Shown here piece after piece: positions 1 to 16,870 of a DNA stretch of 64,000 nucleotides; within the stretch, counting starts at the first letter, position 1; every line of letters begins with the position of its first letter. Made by a program: the position numbers and the translations under genes. Source of the stretch: Eledone cirrhosa (taxonomy: Eukaryota); assembly GCA_964016885.1 (NCBI GenBank), contig OZ024740.1, forward strand, positions 403,744,001 to 403,808,000, written 5' to 3'. The notes beneath the pieces are model-generated. The model was not told where the DNA came from, did not search any database, and saw nothing but the letters and a program-made list of their open reading frames with translations.

Positions 1-330
1 CGCCCTCTCCCAGTTGTCCTCCTTCAGTACTACAAGCACATGCTTAGGGAAGGCCCATTCACACGGACAATTCTTACCTCTCTCACCTACCTTTCAACAA
101 ACTGGCTGGAAAGCAGTACTTCCCTCTCCCATCTGATTTTCCTTTTCATGTGTAACCTGAGAGCGATGCCGAAGAAGAAAGTTCCCGTCTTCAAACCTTT
201 CAGACGCGTTCACCATACGACTTCTTTCACCATGGCCACCGGACAGATAAAAACTACCTGTTTTTCCTGGTTAAAAGAGGGCAGCTGGGCATTCTTCATA
301 GCTGGATCCGTCCTACACGCGACAGCAGAT
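1..330 (-). mobile_element. Tx1/L1-like LINE ORF2 C-terminal fragment (degenerate)
   Basis: Minus-strand translation VFICPVAMVKEVVW*TRLKGLKTGTF...RKIRWEREVL is homologous to VFLCVMAMVKEVIWWTRLKGL...RIRMEREV of the LINE at 14527-15387. Confidence 0.75.
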
Positions 331-699
331 GTTCGACATAAAATAGGAACATGACTTACATAGGTGAGACGGCCCGTAGCATAAGAGAAAGGAAAAACGA
401 ACACTGACGAGAACTCTAAGATGTGAAAAACTCATCAGTACTCCACCAACATGCCAGAATCGTACATGGAGGAACACTAGAGAACAGACGCAATTATTCG
501 ACAGAGTAGAGAAGCGACAAATATAAACGAACAGCAACCAAGACTAAACTGAAACCATGAGGGAAATAACACCAACGTCACAACGTAGTAAACAAGGACA
601 CGATACAGACACACAGAGACACAAAAAAACTAAACTAATAAAACAAACAAGACTCACACAGATACAACAAGTAACCAACTAGTGGCAAGTAAATAAACG

Positions 700-1032
700 T
701 ATAAATAAACAAATAGATATATCAAAATAGATAAATAAATAAGTAATTAATTAAATAAAGACGCACAAACACACCACACACAAATCCGGATATAACACAT
801 GCATAGCCCAAGTACCCAGCTCATATAAACAAGAAGGCGCAGGACAGAACAAGGGGAGAGACAAAATAACAACAAAAGAGATCACAAAATGTGTGACGAA
901 AGAGCTTTGACAATCAACAACTAAACAACGATCTGGTTATTAGATTAACCGATCGGGAGTTTATGATAAATTGAAGTGAAATCCAACAGATGCATGCGTT
1001 TCTATTGGCAACATTACCCTCCCAAAGTATAA
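700..1032 (+). mobile_element. Penelope-like pseudo-LTR (family B), decayed
   Basis: Ends ...attggcaacattaccctcccaaagtataa(TA)n, the same terminus as the PLE at 8178; degenerate hammerhead remnant near 875-912; start approximate. Confidence 0.65.
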
Positions 1033-1064
<32 letters not shown>

Positions 1065-1125
1065 CGGGTTCAATCGGGAGTAACTATAGTAAGTAAGATT
1101 ACACATACACACACATATATATAAA

Positions 1126-1163
<38 letters not shown>

Positions 1164-1207
1164 ATGTATATGTATATATATATGTATGTATATGTATATA
1201 TATACAT

Positions 1208-1656
1208 ATGGTGGCTGCCAACTCGTTTTCGAGTACGGCCACTACTTTATATCCATGTAGGAGAACCTCTACCGATGCGCTGAACAAGTGTGACTTTTTA
1301 GTCCAGCCAGCGACTTGAAAACTCTGGTACAAACACTACACTGGTGACAATTATTGACACATAGTGCTGGTACCATGTGACGACAAGTGCGGAGAGATCT
1401 CCAGATATAAAACAATGCCTGTGCCGTGAATGTTTTATAGTGAGAAAAGGCACTGCACAAAGCCAGTCCCACTCCCTTAACCAAGATGATATTTACCAAA
1501 AAGAAGAACAAGTCAACATCATTGGATACCATCAGGGTTGCAGGTGTTATATCAGAGTTTTCCTTCTCCTAGAATTCTGACTTGACAAAGACTAAGGGGT
1601 CATCTCTCCCGGTGATTTTGGATGTCCATTGACTCTTAAGAGCTCCTTTGCCCTTT
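1208..1656 (-). mobile_element. Non-autonomous bipartite RTE derivative (5'UTR fused to 3' end), 5'-truncated copy
   Basis: Near-identical to 6909-7365. The 5' part matches RTE 5'UTR 43380-43590. The 3' part encodes CSVCTRVFKSLAGLKSH and ends gtggccgtactcgaaaacgagttggcagccaccat, like the RTE terminus at 47502-47536. Confidence 0.8.
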
Positions 1657-1664
1657 ATATATAC

Positions 1665-1697
<33 letters not shown>

Positions 1698-1698
1698 C

Positions 1699-1775
<77 letters not shown>

Positions 1776-1777
<2 letters not shown>

Positions 1778-1916
1778 ACGAAGGAAATGTGGTAAGGAAC
1801 CAGGTGGACCATAACGCACCAAAGTACTCAATACTTGAGGTAGTAGAGTGGGTAATAGGAACCAGTAAGACCCCGACAGCTGAGCTCAAGCCGTTTCGAC
1901 GGCTAATTCTGGACTA
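1776..1916. repeat. Short interspersed repeat in (TA)n, probable pLTR fragment
   Basis: Homologous to 20897-21015. Confidence 0.55.
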
Positions 1917-1917
1917 A

Positions 1918-1989
<72 letters not shown>

Positions 1990-2004
1990 TACATACATAT
2001 ATAC

Positions 2005-2085
<81 letters not shown>

Positions 2086-2728
2086 AGTTATGTAATAAAG
2101 AACATAAGATAATTATTTCATTTACCAGTGGTTCTTTGAAGGCAGATGTTATGTCTGTCTTCAGTCGTCAGAATGAATAAATAACATGGTGTTTTTATTA
2201 AATATGGATTTGAAAACAAAATTTAGGAAATATGAAAGTGAGGCTGAAAAAACGGGCAAAAAGGAATAAGTGGGAAAAAAAATATAGAAATAAATATCCA
2301 AAACATAAACATACACACACTCAACCACGCGCATATACGTAATAGTACGTAGACGTATACTTTCTCACATAAGCGTATTTGCGTCTACATGGAAATACGA
2401 ACAGGAACATAAATACATACACATACATATACACAAATATATATGCACTCAAATATGTACACACAAATACACACACATATAAAAAGAAGGTATACACATA
2501 CATATATATACATATATACAAACACAAAAACACAAAACCAAAAAGCTCTATACATACGCGCACGTGTATATACACATACATATATATATACACACACACA
2601 CGCGTACACATACATACCCATACACATATATATACATACACACATACATATATCTATAAGAAAATCAAAATCAAAATAAAGTAAAAAAAGGGACGTGTCG
2701 ACAACGAAAGGTGTGTTACACACACACA

Positions 2729-2799
<71 letters not shown>

Positions 2800-2810
<11 letters not shown>

Positions 2811-3304
2811 GAAATTGGAAATACCACGGAAGGATCTGCTTTTCTTTTTTTTTCCTCTCTTTGAAAAAATACACATATTTACAGAATATCTCCCCTCTCC
2901 CTAAAAACAATTTTGCTATGTGTGAAAAAACACAACTACCACCACTGCTGCTACTACCATGACAACCTCTCTCTATAGACACAAAATTACATTTTCCAGT
3001 CTTCTTCTCGACAAGAAACACGAAAAGACTTGCCTCAACGCTTAATTTTAAATCTTTAATTTTAAATTTTAATTCTTATTAATTCTTTTAAACATTTGAT
3101 AAGATGGATTTTACTAATACATCGAAACCGGTTATACTTTATATATTTTATATACCTTATAAAACTCTTTTTTAAAAGAATTGTCCCACTCATTTTTTCA
3201 ATAATGTCACTTTGACGAATCAAAGAAAAGAAAAAAAAACAAAAAAAACAACAAATCCTTAAATATATTTTCCGTGCTATTTCCAATTTCACCTTTTCTC
3301 TATA
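2800..3304 (+). mobile_element. pLTR-like element with short inverted ends and a hammerhead variant
   Basis: aaggtgaaattggaaataccacggaa (~2806) vs ttccgtgctatttccaatttcacctt (~3270-3295); TTGATAA-GATG..CATC-GAAA-CCGG-TT at 3096-3133. Confidence 0.6.
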
Positions 3305-3363
3305 ACTTCTGCTTTGTATAGAACCATACTTCCCTTTTCAAATATGTATATTAAAATATGTTA

Positions 3364-3419
<56 letters not shown>

Positions 3420-3721
3420 AAATTTAGTACACCATCAACGAAGCCATGGTTGCAGCCAAGCTAACGAATGCAGTTTCGGTGTGTAGCTAAGCACTCGAAA
3501 GGGTATATAACCCTAGAGTGCTTAGCTGCACATTACGTTTAGACAGCTTATATATATATATAACCATATATAGAAATATACAGATACATGTGGGCACATA
3601 CATATACATGAATATATCCACATATATCTTTGAATTAGTGGTGCCAACCTCAACCGATGTTGCTCTATAAATAACTGGGACAAAATAATCCGAATTGATT
3701 AGATTGATTCAGTATCAGAGC

Positions 3722-4165
3722 TATATAATACATTATAAAGAGAGAAGAAACATTAGATATAATTAATAATAAGATATATCATACCTAAACTCCTTCTTTA
3801 CTCCCCGACTACGTAGTATCGTGGCATATTATGCAAAAACACTACATCACAGAGGTATAGAATTTTTGTGAGGTTTGCCGACTTATCAAGAGGATACCTC
3901 ATTTAGAGTTTCAAAACACGTCCGTAGGACGCGAGATAGAATCCCAAAAGGCGGAGGGGGATTCTATCTCGCGTCCTACGGACGTGTTTTGAAACTCTTG
4001 ATGAGGTATCCTCTTGATAAGTCGGCAGACCTCACAAAAATTCTATATCTCTCTAATGTAGTGTTTTTGCATAATATGTCGAGGAGTAAAGAAGGAGTTT
4101 AGGTATGATATATCTTATTATTAATTATATCTAATGTTTCTTCTCTCTTCATAATGTATTATATA
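3722..4165. repeat. Fold-back palindrome, ~210-bp arms, 12-nt loop (second copy at ~12707-13150)
   Basis: Arms symmetric about ...gatagaatccc-aaaaggcggagg-gggattctatc... Confidence 0.95.
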
Positions 4166-4167
4166 TT

Positions 4168-4285
4168 ATGGTCTGAGTTCAAATCCCGCCGAGGTTAACT
4201 TTGCCTTTCATCCTTACGGGGTCGATAAAATAAAGCACCAGTAATACACTGGGATAATTGCTGGCCTTGTGCCAAATGTAGAAAC

Positions 4286-4290
<5 letters not shown>
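4168..4290 (+). mobile_element. Nin-domain tRNA-SINE (truncated; mirrored copy at ~12582-12704)
   Basis: gagttcaaatccc B-box plus ctttgcctttcatccttacggggtcgataaaataaagcaccag core. Confidence 0.8.
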
Positions 4291-4339
<49 letters not shown>

Positions 4340-4344
<5 letters not shown>

Positions 4345-4801
4345 TGAGATTCTACAGGACTAGAACTGTTTCATTCTTTAGAAATCATCAGGAATCTGGC
4401 TTTCCGAAAATAAATGTTGTATTTATAGCTCTTTTCAGGTGGTAGGAGAGGGTGGGGAGTGGGATGGGTAAAGGTCATTGGTTGATAGAAAGGGAATTCA
4501 TTAAAAGCTAATTCTTTAAAGCTATAATTTATATTTAGAGTGACAAAGGCAGAAAGAATTTTAAGTTTCTCTTAAGCTAACAATGCCTATATTTCAGGTG
4601 TCTATAAGATCGTTGGGGGTCGGTCATGGTTGAAGGATTTAAAGAAAAGGGAAATTCTTTAAAAGCTAATTCTTTAAAGTTCTACTTAGAGTGACAAAGG
4701 CCAAGAGAATTCTATAAACCAGTTCAAAATATTGGGTGCCTATCATATCATTATCTTAAAATTTTTCTTAAGCTATATTCCAGGTGTCGACAGACACATT
4801 C

Positions 4802-4848
<47 letters not shown>

Positions 4849-4863
4849 CACACACATATACGC

Positions 4864-4933
<70 letters not shown>

Positions 4934-5820
4934 TAATAAAATAATGAATAAACAAAGAAACAGTTCCTTATATTAAAAAAAATTCATCATTTTACGATCG
5001 TTTCTAGGATATATATATGTGTTAGAGTTGGTATGCATATTCTATAGATCTATGTACAATATTTATACAAACTATCAGAGGGAATATACATACCTACACA
5101 TATATATGCTGTCTTCAGAAATAATGATATTTGTTTATTGAAAAAAACAAAGATTCAATACAATAGGTCTGTTTGGGAACAGGTTTTGAATTGACCAATA
5201 GAGAGATAGTGAGGGTCAGGATAGTAATATAGTAGTAGAAGAACCTTAAATTATGGGTAGAGGAAGGTAGATTTCAGTTTTGGATGCAAAAGAATATTAT
5301 GAATGAAGGATTATTTTAGGGAAGAAATAGGTCTTATGCTGACCTCAGAAATAATTTTATTTTTTCATTGAATAAAACCAACAAAGATCTAATATATTCT
5401 GTCTGTTTGGTAAGAGGTTTAGAATTAACCAATAGAAAGTTAATAATTGGCCAAATGGTAAAATAGTAGTAATTGAAGCTTATTTTAGGGGTGAAAATAG
5501 GTCAGGTGGTCAGTAAAAGGTATACAAGCAGTTGCTGTTATAAAATAGTAATACCAATACAAATATCTAAGGTGACTAAAGTTTTAAGATAAGAATGTTA
5601 GTGAAAAAAATACATCTATGAAAATAATATAAATTAATTTAATTGATGGGTATATTTATATTGATAAAATTATACTAATACATATAGATATGATAAATAA
5701 GAGTTAGATGCAGTTGAAAAGTGGTGTTAAAGATGAGGGGAAATTAAAAGAATATAAAAATAATATATATATATATATATATACTCATACATATATATAT
5801 ATATACATATATATACACAT

Positions 5821-5888
<68 letters not shown>

Positions 5889-6896
5889 TTATATATATAC
5901 ATATATATTCATATATATACACATACACACACACACATATACACACATATATATATATACATATACATATATATACACATACATATACACACACATATAC
6001 ACTTATATATACATATAATTATTGGGTGGAGGGGGGGATTAAATTTATTAGTGAGAAATAGTAAATATATATAGTTTTCAAGGAACATAGAGTCATAACC
6101 TGAAGTTAAAGCATTATATATGTTTACTTAATGGTATCAGTTTTAGGAAATGATATTTGTAAGAAGGAAAGCAAAATTATGTAGTTCATCAGTAGTAGAA
6201 TATTAATTATAGGTTAACTAAATTAAAAATAGTTTATATATTAATTTCAAAAGTGTATATTAATTAGGTTTATAATTTTTAAAGCAGAATTATGTAGTTC
6301 ATCAGTAGTAGAATATTAATTATAGGTTAACTAAATTAAAAATAATTTATAAATTAATTTCTAAAGTGTATATTAATTAGGTTTATAATATTTAAAGGTT
6401 TTTCTCAGTTTATGATTACACGATATTATTAATTCCTGTCGCTTATTTAATAGGATATCCTTAGATTTCATTATTTCAAAAAGTTCTTGGGAACATAATC
6501 TACATTTATTTCTACTTTGATAAGGGGTGGCCCTTTTGAGCACACTCCAGGTCAGGTCATATTCTATATTCCTCTTTCTATAACTATTTATTATTTCAGC
6601 TAGAGATGTTGTATTAGCTAGTACGGCATTTTTAAAGCTATGTTTGTGGGTATTAAATCTTACCTTAAATTTGTTAGAGGTAGCTCCTATATATGAATAA
6701 ATTGAGTCCTTAGTGTTAACTTTACATTTATATACTATGTTATTAACAAGGCAATTTCCTTTTAATGGACAGTTTGCCTTGTTTCTACAGTTACAACTTT
6801 TCGTGAATCCTGTATCTGAGGAGATATTATGGTTAGTTTGATGTACTGGTGGTATACTCTTGGTTTTTTTACATTTATATGCATTATAGGCACTTA
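4340..6896 (-). mobile_element. Penelope-like element A: GIY-YIG C-terminus (6373-6896) plus long 3' region
   Basis: CNCRNKANCPLKGNCLVNNIVYKC...YIGATSNKFKVRFNTHKHSF...CRLC; the 3' region shares sequence with pLTR copies at ~38130-38400 and ~41100-41470. Confidence 0.8.
4347..4397 (-). ncRNA. Type I hammerhead ribozyme in PLE pLTR (family A)
   Basis: AGATTC-CTGATGA-tttctaaagaat-GAAA-CAG-ttctagtc-CTG-TA/GAATCT; stems I and III pair. Confidence 0.8.
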
Positions 6897-6908
6897 TATA
6901 TATATATA

Positions 6909-7516
6909 TTGTGGCTGCCAACTCGTTTTCGAGTACGGCCACTACTTTATATCCATGTAGGAGAACCCCTACCTATGCGCTGAACGAGTGTGACTTTTTA
7001 GTCCAGCCAGCGACTTGAAAACTCTGGTACAAACACTACACTTGTGACAATTATTGACACATAGTGGTGGGCCCATGGTACCATGTGACGACAAGTGCAG
7101 AGAGATCTCCAGATATAAAGCAATGTCTGTGCCGTGAAGCTTTTATAGTGAGCAAAGGCACTGCACAAATCCAGTCCCACTCTCTTAACCAAGATGATAT
7201 TTACCAAAAAGAAGAACAAGTCAACATCATTGGATACCATCAGGGTTGCAGGTGTTATATCAGAGTTTTCCTTCTCCTAGAATTCTGCCTTGACAAAGGC
7301 TAAGGAGTCATCTATCCCGGTGATTTTGGATGGCCATTGACTCTTAAGTGCTCCTTTGCTCTTTGACAGGTTTTGTTTTTAGTCCTGCACGATGTCCAAA
7401 GTCACCCTCCTCACCAAGAAACCTTGGTGGGGTTGCCAGTTTAGTCGCCAACGACCCGACCATGAGACAGGTTGTACTGGGATACATGTTACCAGTAGCA
7501 CCAACTGGTGACCTGA
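6909..7516 (-). mobile_element. Non-autonomous bipartite RTE derivative, longer copy (~600 bp)
   Basis: Same as 1208-1656 with ~150 bp more 5' sequence; flanked by (TA)n. Confidence 0.8.
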
Positions 7517-7577
7517 TATATATATATATACGCACACACATATACATATATATACACACATACACACATATATATAT

Positions 7578-7633
<56 letters not shown>

Positions 7634-8334
7634 TGTAGAGTTTTTTTCGGAATGTATTTGACTGTTGTTTCTTGTAAACAAACATTCGCTTCATTCTGAC
7701 GTCACTAGCCCCGGTTTTCCTCATGTGCGTGTTTCATAATCACGCATGATGGTGAACTAGCCAGTTTTAAAATTCCCTTTTTGGCTTATAAATCTGTGAG
7801 AGTCCTAGTTATCGAGTTGAGCTTTGCTGACGATTGAAATCCAACCGTGACCATCTCCACTGAAAGTTTTCATGAAATAGTCTTTAAGACTATACAGAGC
7901 ATTTGATGTTTTTCCAAATTGAAGGATAAGTATTTTAGACTTTATTTTATCATGAGTTAAGGCTCTATTGATTTTTCCCTGGATTTCACTAAATTCTGTG
8001 GATGAATTTATATCCTGATTCTCTTTTGAGATGAGTTTGAATTATTTTCGCTACATCTTACGTTAACTATTTTTACCATTTTGACGCTATAGTCGCATAT
8101 ATGTTATGGAACACTGTTAGCTTCTCGCTACAACAATTTCTATACCTTTCATTTATATATATATATATATATATATATTGTTATACTTTGGGAGGGTCAT
8201 GTTGCCAATAAGAAACACACGCACCAGTTGCTTTCACTTCAATTTATTATATATTTATAAATTTACAAATCTACAAACTTATAAATTTCTGGTTGGTTGG
8301 TTGGTTCCACAACCAGATAGTTGTTTATATATAT

Positions 8335-8379
8335 AGTCATAGTCCTTTCGTCACACACTCTGTGACCTCTTCAGTGACT
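8335..8379 (-). ncRNA. Minimal type I hammerhead ribozyme in PLE-B pLTR
   Basis: AGTCA-CTGAAGA-gGTCACAgagtgTGTGAC-GAAA-ggac-TA/TGACT. Confidence 0.75.
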
Positions 8380-8664
8380 GGGGATTCCTTTCTTCGTTTC
8401 TGTGCCTTTTCTTTCTTCTATCCTACGCCATTTTGTTTCTGTGTGTGTGTTGTGTGCTCAGTTTGCGCATGCGCCACATCCGGGTGTCTGTGTGTGTTTG
8501 TGTTCATTTTTCTATTTGTTTATTTATTTATTTATTTATTGTTGGTTGGTTGTTTGTTCTATGTGTGTGTGTGTTTTCATTTTGTCCTGTGTGTGTTTTC
8601 ATTTTGTGTGTGTTTTCAATTGTAAGTTGTTTGTTCTATGTGTGTGTGTGTTTTCATTTTGTCC

Positions 8665-10566
8665 TTAATTGTAAGTTGTGATGTTGCTGTTCCACTCATA
8701 TTTTCTATTTAATTTTGGTTTTAATTCTTTTATGCTTACTGCCTCTGTAATTTGCCTAAACATTGCGTCTTTTCTGTGCGTGGATTCTATTTTTATTTCT
8801 ATGCTCTCTAATCTACCCCTGTGTTCTATCTTAGCATGTTGGTAGAGCACAGATGATTCTTTATTATCTTGGAGGTCTCGCCAGTGTTCATTTATTCGTT
8901 CCCCTATACTACGAGCTGTCTCACCTATGTACACTATATTTTTGTTTCTACATTGTCCTTCAGTACATCTTATGCTATACACTACATTTCTAGTTTTACA
9001 GTTAATATGGGGGCTTATTTTACAGGTTATACATTTCTTATCTATACATGAGGGTCTTTGGAACGGGTATGTCTTGCTAATAAGTGTTTTTACGGAGGTA
9101 CCAGGTCTTTCTACTATCTTAATATTGAGATTATGTTTATTTAGGGCCCTTCTAAATTTGTAGGCTAGTTCGCCTCTAGGGGTTGTATTGATGAACATTA
9201 CACTCTGGTATTTATTGCTATCATACCATGAGTTTATTCTATTGGCCTTGTTCCTAGTTCTTTCTATTCTATTCCAAAATTTGCTCCTATACAAGGGGCA
9301 GGTCCCATTTATGTCATTATTTACCATTTTTTCCCATTTGGTTCTGGCTCCTTTATACACTCTGATTCTCTCTCTCTGATTGTAGCCAGAGAACTGCATA
9401 CGGTGGATGAAGTGTTGTATGTGTCTCTCTAGTTCTTCGGGGTTGCACATGCGGGACACATTTCTCATCACCCGTACCAGATCCGCAATCAGTATGTTGA
9501 TTTTGGTATGGTCCGAAATGGCCGAGTTTCGGTGGATCAGATGTTTGGAAGTCATGGGTTTGGCATAATGGGAATGGAGGATTTGTTTTTGGTTGTTAAT
9601 GGTATCTAACCAGAGCTCTGTGTCTAGTACAGGTAATCGATGGTTGGGGTGTCAACTTGGGTAGTCTATAGCAACTCTAATGCTCTGGTGGATGGAGTTT
9701 GCTATTTGCTGGATGCTTTCCATTGTGTTTTTCTCTAGTTCCTGACTGTTCTTTAATGGGGGTGTCTTAACTACGATGTTTATATCATCTACGTAGCGGG
9801 AGTACATTATCAGGGTTAAGCTGTCTTCTAATTGTTCATTAAGTTTTTGTTTAAGTCTACTGTCCCACCATACCATGAATAAGTTAGCTATGTCGCCTGC
9901 AATGCTAACACCAATGGCTGCTCCTTCCTCTTGGGCATATGTTTTACCATTAAATTTGAACATATGTTCCTTAAGGGTTAATTTTATGCTGGCCCCTACC
10001 GCATGTGCAATAATTTTCTTCAGTTCATCGTGGTTTTCGGGTGTCCGTATGGCTCTGGTCCACCCGTTCCATCTATCTGTGTGGGTTTTCTTGGCCATTG
10101 AGGTAATGGTAGGTGGTCTGCCTCTTGCTGGTCTTGTAGGGCACAGGTTGCTAAGGTCATAAGTGTCTAGGTAACTATTACTATGGGTAAGCTTAAGTAG
10201 AAGTCCCAGCTCACTGGTATCAATCCCACGGAACTCAACCTTGCTCTCGCTGATCATTTCTACGCATTTCTCCACAACAAAATCCACGCCAATAGATGGA
10301 TACAGGGACACAACATCCATACTGCCTATAATGCAGTTTGTTAGGTCCCCAGATCGGTTACCCGCGCCGATTCTGCTGAGGAGGTCCTCCGTGCTGTCAC
10401 ACACATCTGGGGACATCTCAATGATGGGGCGTATGATCAGGGAGAGGAAGTAGGACAGTCTGTAGTTACTAGCAATGTTAGCCCCACAGACTGGTCGTGT
10501 TGGTGGTCCCGGGACAGGGTCCCAGCCCGTTTTATGGTCTTTTCGAAGCCCATACAACGCCGGCAC
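8665..10566 (-). pseudogene. PLE RT-GIY-YIG reading frame interrupted by one in-frame TGA at 9652-9654
   Basis: ORFs 9652..10566 and 8665..9555 are in the same frame (DYPS*HPNHRLPVLD...KPMTSKH). Confidence 0.85.
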
Positions 10567-10585
10567 GTCATTGTTCCAGGCCTGG

Positions 10586-14196
<3,611 letters not shown>

Positions 14197-14369
14197 AACA
14201 TAGTTTATCGTATTTGAAACATTATTTCAAGGAAATACATATGCACAAAGAACCCCCAACACACACACATGTATATGTGTGTGTGTATGTGTGTGTGTTG
14301 TATATACGTGTGGGCGTGTTTGGGTGTTACTTATCGACAACATATCTATATATAATATAAATACGTTGT

Positions 14370-15680
14370 CGAGTGCAAACTATCCTTGAAAGGTCGAGTG
14401 GAGGTGGCGAACACTTTTATAGATTCCATCATCTACTACGGCTTCACTGTCGTGCCTTGTCCAGCCAAAACGCTCACCAAAATGGAGCGCGCGCTCTTCT
14501 AATTCCTTTGGAAGAAACGGGCTCCTTTGGTGAGAAGATCCATCTGCTGCCAACACCCTTCAAACGGACGGCTGGGGATGCCGTGGTTGACGATGCGCAA
14601 ACACGCGCTCAGGCTGCGGCACCTCCACGTATTCCTCACCGGACAACCGGTGTTGGCCCCGCTCGTGAGGCGAGCCTTCCCACGACTTGTCTCGCTGATC
14701 GAGCTGCAGTCCTGGGTCAAGCAAATACCGAGGAAATTGGGCGACTGGCACATCGAATGTGCTCAGGCGCTCACAGTCCAATGGAAAACGGACCCGGCGA
14801 TCAGTGGAGACTCCACTTCGACATTCTATAGAGTGTTGGGCCGCAGCAAGTGCGACGACACGCTCGGAGAAACTCTAGGCGTAGAGGAGGACGAACTGGC
14901 CAGTCTGTTCGGTAGGACCTTCCGCCCGGGACCAATGGACAACTTACAAAAGTCCCTGGCCTGGCAGTGCTACCGAGGAGCTCTACCAGTTCGAGACAAG
15001 CTCTACAGACACGGGCGCCCGGGTAGGGACCCTTCGAAAAAGATCTGTCCGAGATGCGTGCGCGACGAGGAAACCGTCGCGCACGCATTTGTACACTGCC
15101 CGGGCGTTACCGACCTGTGGGGCTATGTAGAACGACTATTGTCGCGGGTGGGACCAATCCAGTTGACCACCGAGTCCATTGTCATGATCAAACCGCCACT
15201 CTCCTTCAAAAACGATGGAGAGGCGGTTTTCCTATGTGTTATGGCTATGGTGAAAGAGGTTATATGGTGGACGAGATTAAAAGGGCTGAGGTCAGACACC
15301 TTTCTCTCCGGCGAGCAACTGATTCGTTTTTACAAATATCATTTTGTAAGAAGAATCAGGATGGAGAGAGAGGTGCAAATTTTATAAAAGGTGGGTGAAT
15401 GTGGCAAAGATGGCCCGAGTGGCCTTCTCCCTATATAAGCCTGTAGGTTGAGGAAAAAGAGGAAGAGAGGAAGGGAGTACTCATTCTTGGTGCTCCTGGA
15501 CATGAGGGTTGTACATTTTTTCGGGGTGTGTACAAACCCTGTGTAACGCCTCCCCCTATTGTGGATTCCAATTGTTATTTGTTATTTTATTAATAGTTTT
15601 ATTTTCATATACCTGTATGTAAACTCCCCATTTGTATTTGTCCCCTTCTTTTGTGCCCTTGTGGCTAATAAAGAAATTTA
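14370..15680 (+). mobile_element. Tx1/L1-clade LINE, 5'-truncated ORF2 3' end
   Basis: GRLGMPWL, WQCYRGALPVRDKL, zinc knuckle CPRC...ETVAHAFVHCP; 3'UTR with AATAAA at ~15667. Confidence 0.85.
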
Positions 15681-15989
15681 TTTATATATAATATAAGAGA
15701 AAGATGTTTATTGGTTAGTTGAATCACACGAAAACTACACACACACACACACACAAATACATATACACACATCTAAAGAGAGAGAGACACAGAGGGAGGG
15801 GCAGAAAGAGAGAGATATGCTGTTATACAGAGAGAGATATAATTAAAATGTTAGATATTCAGAGAGAAAGAGAGATGCCCACAAAAATATCAGTTGAAGG
15901 TTTAACATTTTGCGTTGGCTTATATAAAGTCCTTTTATAGTCTTTCATTTTACAGAACAAAGAAAAATTGATACTATTTCAAATTAATC

Positions 15990-16351
15990 TACCCTCCAAC
16001 TTTTATCCATATACTACTTACACGCAACACTAACGACGCAACACTTCAGAAGCAATGTTCTGCTGTATATTGCTGTGTTTCAGATGACGTCCGTTGGAGA
16101 TGAAAAAGATCATACTGACTATGGGTATTTCACAACATTTAAAATCGAAGGCCAATGCTACCATTTAATCGGCAGTTTAATCCCTCAGCCTTATAAGGAA
16201 GTTTTATGATTGTTTTTTTTTTTCATGCCTCTCTCTCACACACACACATTACGGTCTCACCTCATACCAGACAACACATCCAATACAGTCGTTTCTCTTT
16301 CATCCGTCTTCTCTTAACTGTTTCCCGAGCAAATACGGATACCTAAGCTAG
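15990..16351 (+). mobile_element. Helitron remnant (RepHel N-terminal fragment + 3' end)
   Basis: 16078-16191 translates FQMTSVGDEKDHTDYGYFTTFKIEGQCYHLIGSLIPQP, a RepHel-type motif; ends with cccgagcaaatacgg hairpin remnant then CTAG-T. Confidence 0.75.
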
Positions 16352-16396
16352 TATAATATCAATGTAATGTTCAATGACCAAACACAATCAATTTAT

Positions 16397-16870
16397 TTAT
16401 GATAAAAACTGTCTTCTAATGTTGTTGGGAGAGAAATTTGTGTCAGCTTTTATATCATGACCCTCCTCTATATCAGTGGCTATCCTAAAAAGGTTGTTAA
16501 TTTCATTGGCGAGATGGTTGCTGATCTTTTTTTTCAATTGAAGATGCTGCTTCATTGTTACTATCCGAATCTCGTATGTTGTTAATATGAGTTTTAGGCC
16601 TGGACCACCTTCCACGCGTAAGAAATATAGCCTATCCACATAATTACTGATGTTAAATTAAGTTTGCGAGTTCTTAGATCCATCCCATTCACTTCTCTCA
16701 ATGACACGTTCAGCAGGCCAAATCTTGGGGTTAGGTTGAGCACAGCAAAAGTATTATGGGCAATGTGTTTGTTGTACGCTGAAAGTTCTGATGACCATAT
16801 TCGCTTTACTTTCCTGGGGCATTTATGGGTCCATCATATCTGACGTTCTCATCCTGTCCAAGATATATAT
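16397..16870 (-). mobile_element. Degenerate R4-like (RLE-type) non-LTR retrotransposon, RT C-terminal fragment
   Basis: YLGQDENVRYDGPIN...VKRIWSSELSAYNKHIAHNTFAV...MDLRTRK...VDRLYFLRVEGGPGLK; may extend to ~17450. Confidence 0.7.

Larger units (their letters stand above)
2714..6234. repeat. Left arm of a 3.5-kb inverted duplication
   Basis: Reverse complement of 10586-14196; mirrored ORF-track entries (3062..3292-/13598..13828+, 3875..4102+/12770..12997-). Confidence 0.97.
8178..10580 (-). mobile_element. Penelope-like element B, 5'-truncated: RT + GIY-YIG + pLTR
   Basis: RT motifs SMDVVSLYPSI, QEEGAAIG, YSRYVDDI; GIY-YIG NVVYSIRC...IVYIGETARSIGERINEH; pLTR 8178-8660 ends ctcccaaagtataacaa(TA)n. 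Confidence 0.92.

Noticed and set aside
6897-6942. N-terminus of ORF 6373..6942 as a real start
   Set aside because: It derives from the adjacent RTE-derivative tail and (TA)n, fused by chance to the GIY-YIG fragment.
9652-9654. In-frame TGA in PLE ORFs (also 60162) as selenocysteine recoding, as reported for some Naiad PLEs
   Set aside because: The contexts fit CGA>TGA (DYPS*HP) and TGG>TGA (EVIG*FN) decay rather than Cys positions. These elements have a C-terminal endonuclease, and element E also has a dead YRND motif.
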